From contig CAXXYH010000004.1 of the NCBI GenBank assembly GCA_963677925.2, positions 1,344,001-1,408,000 on the forward strand: a stretch of 64,000 nucleotides of DNA. Direction: 5' to 3'. The notes beneath the pieces are model-generated. The model saw only the letters and a list, made by a program, of their open reading frames with translations, ran no database searches and had not been told where the DNA came from. The DNA comes from Spirochaetia bacterium (GTDB lineage: Bacteria; Spirochaetota; Spirochaetia; UBA9216). Positions 57,716 to 64,000 of the stretch are shown here, in pieces. Numbering within the stretch: the stretch's first letter is position 1; each line of letters begins with the position of its first letter. The position numbers were made by a program, and so were the translations under genes.

Positions 57716-59410
57716 ATGAAACCTGAAAATAAGAATATGACAGTTGATGTGCTTGTTGTAGGAGGCGGAATAGCCGGTCTGTCTGCAGCGGTGCGTACTA
57801 AAGAGCTTGATGATAAATTAAGCGTACTGATAATGGAAAAAAATACAACAGGATGGAGCGGGAAGGCTAATCGCGGCGGAGGAGTTCTTCAGTATTTTGA
57901 TTTTAACCGCTGTACTCCGGATCAGTTTGTGGAATATCATGCGCACAATGTCGGAGCATATCTTGGTGATCAGAAGCTGCTTCACAAATATGTAAGCATG
58001 AATAATGAGATGATCGAAAAACTTTCGGACTGGGGTGTGAATGTCCCCTATAACGAGGATGGAAGTTTGAAGGTTATGCCTACAGGCCCGCTGACAGGAA
58101 TGATAGGTGTTGATCTTGATATAACTGTCAATGTCAGAAAGACTGCTAAAAAGCTGGGAGTTGAGCTGCTGGATAAAGTTGTTTTATCAGATATTCTTCT
58201 CAACAAAGGAAAGGCCGTCGGAGCTGTCGGATACAGTCTGCTTGACGGAATCTTTTATACTATAAATGCAAAGACCGTAATTCTTGCAACAGGCAGTCAG
58301 AACTATAAAATTATGCCGATGTGGAACAGCCGGGGTGACGGAATAGCAGCAGCTTACAGGGCCGGAGCTGAAATGCGTAATGTTGAGTTTGGAAACTTTG
58401 CACAGCAGTATAAGTCAAAGAGTCACCATGACGCAGTATTTTCAGAAAATGTCATGTACAACGCTCTTGGAGAAAATATAACAAAAAACTTCAGACGCTT
58501 TCCGGAAGCAGATGTTTCTTCTACCGCGGTGCGGGAATGGTATAACCAGATGTCTGCAGGTAAAGGCCCGGTTTCGATTCATATAGATGAATATGAAGTG
58601 ACCGCCCATGGTGATGCACTGTTTACAACTTCCCATGTATGGGATAGACCATACGGCATAAAAGTATGGAAGAAGATATACGGAAAAGCTGCTGCACAAG
58701 ACGGCGATAACAAGGAAGTTGTGATGTGCCTTGTAGGTGAACAGTCTCCGGTTAAAGTCGGACATGATATGCAGACTACTATTCCAGGACTCTATGCCAT
58801 AGGTGATATAAGCTACTGCGGATCTGCTTCTCCGGGGGCTGTACCTGCACCTCCAGGAAGAAACCGTGGTTCAGGAATTCTGAATGCAGTTTTTAACGGA
58901 CTGCTGGTTGCAGAATCAGTTTCTGATTATAACTCCCGTAATGAACTCTGCGCTGTCAATGAGAGCCAGGTTCAGGAATGTATAGACAGGGCAGTAGCTC
59001 CTTTGTTGAGGAATGAAGGTATTGAAGCTGAAGAACTTATGACTGCTGTCAGGGAGGCCATAGGTCCTGTCGAATACAGCGTCTACATGAGTCAGCACAG
59101 GCTTGATATCGGTCTTCGTAAAATTGAAAAGGCAAAGGCTATGATTCCAAAGCTTAAAGCCGAGGATCCTCACGGACTTTGCAACTGTCATGAGGCAGAG
59201 GCAATGGTGCTTTCAGCAGAGATGCAGTTCAGGGCTGCTTCAATGAGAAAAGAGTCACGCGGATGGTTCCTGCGTGAAGATTATCCTCAGATGGATAATA
59301 AGGAATGGCTGAAATATATAATAGTAAAAAATGAAAATGGAGAAATGGTTTTCTCTACGGAAGACGTTCCTATTCAGGATTATCCTGTTAAACCGCCGAT
59401 GTTCGGCTAA
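57716..59410 (+). CDS. FAD-dependent oxidoreductase of the SdhA/AprA superfamily
   Basis: DVLVVGGGIAG, VILATG, GDGIAAAYRAGA..NVEF, PGLYAIGD and RKESRG..REDYP. Confidence 0.88.
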   Translation: MKPENKNMTVDVLVVGGGIAGLSAAVRTKELDDKLSVLIMEKNTTGWSGKANRGGGVLQYFDFNRCTPDQFVEYHAHNVGAYLGDQKLLHKYVSMNNEMIEKLSDWGVNVPYNEDGSLKVMPTGPLTGMIGVDLDITVNVRKTAKKLGVELLDKVVLSDILLNKGKAVGAVGYSLLDGIFYTINAKTVILATGSQNYKIMPMWNSRGDGIAAAYRAGAEMRNVEFGNFAQQYKSKSHHDAVFSENVMYNALGENITKNFRRFPEADVSSTAVREWYNQMSAGKGPVSIHIDEYEVTAHGDALFTTSHVWDRPYGIKVWKKIYGKAAAQDGDNKEVVMCLVGEQSPVKVGHDMQTTIPGLYAIGDISYCGSASPGAVPAPPGRNRGSGILNAVFNGLLVAESVSDYNSRNELCAVNESQVQECIDRAVAPLLRNEGIEAEELMTAVREAIGPVEYSVYMSQHRLDIGLRKIEKAKAMIPKLKAEDPHGLCNCHEAEAMVLSAEMQFRAASMRKESRGWFLREDYPQMDNKEWLKYIIVKNENGEMVFSTEDVPIQDYPVKPPMFG

Positions 59411-59525
59411 TAATTAGAGATAAATTCCCCTAAATTTATCTGACTGGTTTGATTTTTTGGGAAAACCGCCAGCTGAATTATTTTATTTAAAAAAGTTTAA
59501 TTAAAAAAATATTTTCTACATCACC

Positions 59526-59547
59526 CGTTCACATTTCGTTTACAAAT
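59526..59547 (+). promoter_or_regulatory. Tandem 11-bp direct repeat, putative OmpR-family binding site
   Basis: cgttcacattt-cgtttacaaat upstream of an operon that encodes an OmpR-type regulator. Confidence 0.45.
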
Positions 59548-59591
59548 TCCAGTCATCCTCTCTCCTGTAAATAACGAGAGAGAGGGTATTT

Positions 59592-60632
59592 ATGAAATTA
59601 AAGAAGATAAAGCCGGCAAGGCTTATCAGATGGGCTGTTCTTGCTGCAAGTACAGTATTCTTCCTGTTTATTTCAGGAGTAGTTTCAGAGCATGCTATTT
59701 GTCCAATCGGCGGTTTTGAAATGTTTTTTACCGGTGTTTTCAATACGGGTTTCACTATTGCAGGCTTGTTTTCAGGCATGGTGATACTGTTTCTAATAAT
59801 GTCGGTTTTCTCCATTATATTCAGACGGGCATATTGCGGTTACGTCTGTCCAATGGGAGCGCTGCAGGAGCTATTTGAAAAGATCGGCAGGCTGGTTCTT
59901 CCTGAGAAGTTAAGGAAGAAACTGAGAATTCCCGAAAAAGCGGATAAGGTCTTACGATGGTTTAAATATCCGGTGCTGGCGGCATTCGTAGTCTTTGCTG
60001 GTTTGTTTGGCGGACACTGGATGATAAAAGCTGATCCGTTTATTGCAATGATGGGAATATTCAAGGGGCAGGGATTTTCGGCTGCCTTTCTTAGAAATCC
60101 GGGTTCTTATATCTTCTTTTTTGCAATTCTGATATTTGCATTCTTTATGGGACGGGGCTTCTGTAAATATATCTGTCCCGCAGGTGCATGGTATGCTATA
60201 TTATCAAAGTTAAGCCCTAACAGGATTGTCCGTAATCAGGATAAATGTTCAGGCTGTACGCTCTGTTCAAGGGCATGTCCTATGAATATTGATGTCGCCA
60301 ATCTTGAAAAAGTCACTACGGTGGAATGCTTAGGCTGCCAGGAATGTGTGAATGCCTGTCCTGTTGACGGCGCGCTTTCGTCAAAGATGGGGAAGGCTGA
60401 TATTCCAAAAGTACTTGCCCCGATAGCTGCCGCGGCAGTGTTCAGCGGGGGACTGGTTCTGGCATCATCGATTTCAAGCCAGGGCGGAGGACATCCTCAT
60501 GGTTCCGGGGGCAGCGGAGACTACCATGGGGAAACGCGGGATGTCAGCGAAGCGGATGTTTCTGCATCCACAGCCGGTACCGGGTATGCCGGATGTTCCA
60601 GCTGTATCGGCTGCGGTATCTGTGCGGGCTGA
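59592..60632 (+). CDS. Membrane 4Fe-4S binding protein (NapH/YccM-like) with Cys-rich tail
   Basis: CPIGG, YCGYVCPMG, FCKYICPAG, two ferredoxin motifs and C-terminal CSSCIGCGIC. Confidence 0.87.
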   Translation: MKLKKIKPARLIRWAVLAASTVFFLFISGVVSEHAICPIGGFEMFFTGVFNTGFTIAGLFSGMVILFLIMSVFSIIFRRAYCGYVCPMGALQELFEKIGRLVLPEKLRKKLRIPEKADKVLRWFKYPVLAAFVVFAGLFGGHWMIKADPFIAMMGIFKGQGFSAAFLRNPGSYIFFFAILIFAFFMGRGFCKYICPAGAWYAILSKLSPNRIVRNQDKCSGCTLCSRACPMNIDVANLEKVTTVECLGCQECVNACPVDGALSSKMGKADIPKVLAPIAAAAVFSGGLVLASSISSQGGGHPHGSGGSGDYHGETRDVSEADVSASTAGTGYAGCSSCIGCGICAG

Positions 60633-60654
60633 AAAATATTAAGGGGATTCTGAT

Positions 60655-61341
60655 ATGGAAAAGATTCTTGTAGTTGAGGATGAAAAAAAACTGAATGATC
60701 TGATAAAAGATTATCTGCTGTCGCTGGGGTATGAGGCGGTGCAGTGCTTTAACGGAATCGATGCCCTCAAACTGCATGAATCCGAGAAACCTGATTTAAT
60801 GGTACTTGATCTTATGCTTCCGGGCCTGGACGGTCTGGAAGTGGCCAGACGAATCAGGACTTCCGCCGGAACTCCAATTATAATGCTTACTTCCAGAGAC
60901 TCGGAGGCAGATAAGCTTCTGGGGCTTGAGATTGGTGCAGATGATTATATGACAAAACCTTTCAGTGTGAGAGAATTATGTGCAAGAATAAGGGCGGTAC
61001 TCAGAAGAGCTGTAGCCGTATCAGATGCTGCTGAAGCATCATCATTGATTAAACTGAATGAAATTGAGATAGACACCTCAAAGCGTAGAGTTACAAAAAG
61101 CGGAAAGGAAGTCCCCCTGACCTCAGCTCAGTTTGAGCTGCTACACCTCCTGTTTCAGTCTCCGGGAAGAGTTTTCACTCGGGGCGAACTGATTCAGGCT
61201 TTGAGCGGATATAAATATGAAGGATATGAGAGAACCATTGATGTACATATTAAAAATCTGCGGAAACTTATTGAGGATAATCCTTCTGTCCCGGATATCA
61301 TCCTGACTGTCTGGGGTGTAGGATACAAGGTAAAAGAATGA
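60655..61341 (+). CDS. OmpR/PhoB-family response regulator
   Basis: VVEDE, LDLMLP, GADDYMTKPF, RTIDVHIKNLR and TVWGVGYK. Confidence 0.95.
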   Translation: MEKILVVEDEKKLNDLIKDYLLSLGYEAVQCFNGIDALKLHESEKPDLMVLDLMLPGLDGLEVARRIRTSAGTPIIMLTSRDSEADKLLGLEIGADDYMTKPFSVRELCARIRAVLRRAVAVSDAAEASSLIKLNEIEIDTSKRRVTKSGKEVPLTSAQFELLHLLFQSPGRVFTRGELIQALSGYKYEGYERTIDVHIKNLRKLIEDNPSVPDIILTVWGVGYKVKE

Positions 61342-62756
61342 AAATTAGAAATGAACTGTTTGCAGGGCTTGCTGTAATTCTGATACTCAGCAGCCTTGCG
61401 ACTTATCTTATAGTAAGAATCTCCGTAAATAAAAATTTTGATGATCTAGTTGAAAAGAATGATATAGCGATAGCAAAAAACTATGCGGAATCAATTTCAG
61501 CCTACTGCAGTGAAAACGGTACACTTGATGGTATTGAGCAATATCTTGAAAGGATAAAAAGTGATCCTGATACATATAACGGAACCGCAGACAGAACCTT
61601 TGACCGAAGGCATCCCAAAGATTCTGAGATTCCGATAGTTATAACCGACAAACAGGGCGCTGTAGTTTTCTCAGGACTTGAGCAGCGGGACGGCCCCCCC
61701 GAAGACAAGCTTCCGCAGAAAATGAAAACAGATCAGGGCGAAGAAATTCTGATAGATGACGATACAATCGGATATGTATTTTTCAAATCGATGATCACAC
61801 AGGATTATAATCCTCAGGAGCTGACCTTTATTAAGGCTGTAACTGCATCCACTGGTATATCAGTGCTGCTGGGTATCATTCTTGCTGTTGTTTCGGGAAC
61901 GCTTCTGGCTGCCAGATTTGCTAAGCCCATTACTGAACTTGATTCTGCAGTTAAGAAAATAACATCAGGAGATCTTTCAGCCAGGGTTGATGTCGCAGGC
62001 AGAAACGAAATAGGCAGTCTGGCTGAGAATTATAATCACATGGCGGACAGGCTCCAGAAAACCGAGAACTCAAGGCAGACGCTGCTCTCTGATATTGCTC
62101 ATGAACTGCGGACTCCCGTGAGTGTTATACAGGCAAATCTTGAGATGATAATTGACGGAGTATATACAGCAGATGAAGAGCGGATGAAAAGCCTTTATGA
62201 AGAAACCAGAATTCTGACAGGACTCATCTCGGACCTCCGGTCATTAAGTGATCTGGAGTCAGGTGCTGCCGGAATGAATATGGACCGGATATCTTTATCA
62301 GGACTTCTTGATGGAACATGTGGTAAGCTTCGTCCCCTGTTTGAAGACAAGGGGATTCATCTTAATCTGGACAGCTCGTCCGGAGACGTTTTTGTTACGG
62401 CAGAAGAGGAGAAGCTGAGACAGGTTCTCAGAAACATAATTGGCAATGCTCACAAGTATGCCCCGTCTGATACCACAGTATCTGTTTCCCTTTCAGAGAG
62501 CAGGACTGAGCGCGCCGGTCAGTCATATGTCAGGGTTACCGTAACAGACGAAGGGGAGGGCGTTCCCGAAGGAGATACTGAAAAAATCTTCGAGCGTTTT
62601 TACAGAGTTGATTTTTCCAGAAACAGAGAGTCCGGCGGAAGGGGTCTGGGCCTTGCTATCAGTAAAAGAATTATCGAGGCATTCGGAGGCTGTGTCGGTG
62701 CCTTCAACAACAGTCCTAAGGGTCTTTCGGTCTGGTTTGAACTGCCTGTTCAATAG
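61338..62756 (+). CDS. HAMP-domain sensor histidine kinase (BaeS-like)
   Basis: 2 TM helices, HAMP domain, AHELRTP, NAHKY, IFERFYR and GRGLGL. Confidence 0.95.
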   Translation: MKIRNELFAGLAVILILSSLATYLIVRISVNKNFDDLVEKNDIAIAKNYAESISAYCSENGTLDGIEQYLERIKSDPDTYNGTADRTFDRRHPKDSEIPIVITDKQGAVVFSGLEQRDGPPEDKLPQKMKTDQGEEILIDDDTIGYVFFKSMITQDYNPQELTFIKAVTASTGISVLLGIILAVVSGTLLAARFAKPITELDSAVKKITSGDLSARVDVAGRNEIGSLAENYNHMADRLQKTENSRQTLLSDIAHELRTPVSVIQANLEMIIDGVYTADEERMKSLYEETRILTGLISDLRSLSDLESGAAGMNMDRISLSGLLDGTCGKLRPLFEDKGIHLNLDSSSGDVFVTAEEEKLRQVLRNIIGNAHKYAPSDTTVSVSLSESRTERAGQSYVRVTVTDEGEGVPEGDTEKIFERFYRVDFSRNRESGGRGLGLAISKRIIEAFGGCVGAFNNSPKGLSVWFELPVQ

Positions 62757-62846
62757 ATTCAAGCTATCAATTCAATGATTTTTTAGAATTGGACACTATA
62801 TTTCTCCACCATTATAATTTCTTCAATATTTATATTGGAGTAATAA

Positions 62847-64000
62847 ATGAGCACATTTGAAGTACTCAGCCCCTGGGCGGAAGTAGACTGGTCTGAAATT
62901 AGAGGGCTGAGTCCAAGGCTTGAAGATCTTGAAGGAAAAACAATCGGAATGTTCGGTGATTTTATGATTAATTCCGAATATATGCTCAAAGAGGTTGAGA
63001 AAGAATTAAGCCGCAGATATAAAAATATAAAATTTTCCCATATAAGATACCTGGTAGAACTTCCTGAACTCAGTCAGAATAAAGAGTTTCTTCCTGAGTT
63101 TCATACATGGCTTGAAGGGGTGGACGCAGTAATAAGTTTTTACGGCAGCGTTCCGTCAAGCGCCCTGTTCCAGGGTTATAATACAGCATATATTGAAAAA
63201 CTGGGAAAACCCTGTGTAATGCTTACGACAGAGCGGACCTTTGGAAATGGTGTCCGCGGAGTTACTACAAAGAAAGTTCCTGATATGAGGATATACAAAT
63301 ATGATATTCAGGTAGACCGTGTCCGCGGTCATGTTACTCAGGAGCTGGTTTCAGAGGCATTGAAAGACGACTTGTCCATGATTACAGACTGGATGGTTGA
63401 AGGCCTTATCAAGCCGCTCAATAAACAGGAAGCAGATCCTGCAGTACCTGATCAGAGTCTTGCAACCGGAACTTATACGGGAACTTCCGAAGAAATTAAT
63501 AGAATATTTTATAAAAACGGATGGAGCAACGGTTCTCCGATACTGATGCCCACAAGAGAAGCCGTTGATGAAATGCTTAGGGGAACTGATCTTCCAGCCG
63601 ACTATGTAGTTGCAGAAATCCCACCGATGATGGGCAAGGCAACTGTTGAAAAGATTGTAGTAAATGCAGTTATGGCCGGCTGTCTTCCTACATATCTACC
63701 GGTTCTAATATCTGCTGTTAAGGGTTCGCTTGATGAAAAGATATTTTTTGAAGGCTGGACATGCAGCCAGTCAACCTGGGGGCCCATGCTTACTCTCAGC
63801 GGTCCAATTGTCCGTGATATTAACCTTAACGTGGACGGTAATTTCCTGTCTCCCTATTACAAAGCCAATACTGCAATAGCCCGTGCTTACGGAAATATCC
63901 TCATGAACATCGGAGGGGTTAGACCAGGCATAGAGGATCTTTCGGAAATGGGGCATGAGTTCAGGATCGGATACTGCATGGGTGACAACAGCGAGATGAA
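62847..64000 (+). CDS. UGSC-family-like fusion protein (runs off the window; not in the ORF track)
   Basis: Open frame from ATG 62847 (GGAG RBS): MSTFEVLSPWAEVD..LSPRLEDLEGKTIG..DAVISFYGSVPSS..EKLGKPCV..GWSNGSPILMPT..ATVEKIVVNAVMAGC..ANTAIARA. Confidence 0.75.
   Translation, partial: MSTFEVLSPWAEVDWSEIRGLSPRLEDLEGKTIGMFGDFMINSEYMLKEVEKELSRRYKNIKFSHIRYLVELPELSQNKEFLPEFHTWLEGVDAVISFYGSVPSSALFQGYNTAYIEKLGKPCVMLTTERTFGNGVRGVTTKKVPDMRIYKYDIQVDRVRGHVTQELVSEALKDDLSMITDWMVEGLIKPLNKQEADPAVPDQSLATGTYTGTSEEINRIFYKNGWSNGSPILMPTREAVDEMLRGTDLPADYVVAEIPPMMGKATVEKIVVNAVMAGCLPTYLPVLISAVKGSLDEKIFFEGWTCSQSTWGPMLTLSGPIVRDINLNVDGNFLSPYYKANTAIARAYGNILMNIGGVRPGIEDLSEMGHEFRIGYCMGDNSEM

Noticed and set aside
57444-59410. 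Dissimilatory APS reductase or succinate dehydrogenase
   Set aside because: No sat/qmo or sdhBC partners, and the covalent-FAD His motif is absent
60630-60654. Selenocysteine read-through of the TGA after the Cys-rich tail
   Set aside because: Read-through adds only a few residues before another TGA, and no SECIS-like hairpin follows
1-64000. CRISPR arrays, IS elements, integrases, rRNA/tRNA
   Set aside because: No repeat-spacer periodicity, transposase/integrase motifs or structural RNA signatures were recognised by eye

Overview
A gene-dense, moderately AT-rich bacterial window, most likely from a free-living anaerobic spirochaete. This is an inference from Cys-less FAxGxxE signal peptides, LPP20 and P13-like proteins, and a Treponema-type FMN-binding protein. 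No rRNA, tRNA, CRISPR array or mobile element was seen. The window is a mosaic of catabolic modules: (1) a TRAP transporter with a GH106-like hydrolase; (2) an overlapping orphan/membrane-LuxR pair that resembles a compact peptide-signalling cassette; (3) a PucR regulator facing a Tct transporter, MmgE/PrpD, a CapA-like hydrolase and a glycyl radical enzyme with an unusual GCVD loop and no local activase, the two promoters sharing a tandem operator; (4) a metal ABC importer with a NikR-like regulator that has lost its Ni ligands; (5) housekeeping and envelope genes; (6) a MalT/SARP regulator facing an aminotransferase, sodium symporter and saccharopine-dehydrogenase-like gene; (7) a small orphan gene behind an unannotated leader-peptide attenuator with tandem terminators; (8) an apparent phloretin/phloroglucinol degradation cluster, probably controlled by an AraC-GH39 fusion and ending in an AprBA-like flavoenzyme; (9) a two-component system and a UGSC-like gene cut off by the window edge. 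All family calls come from motif recognition by eye, not database searches.
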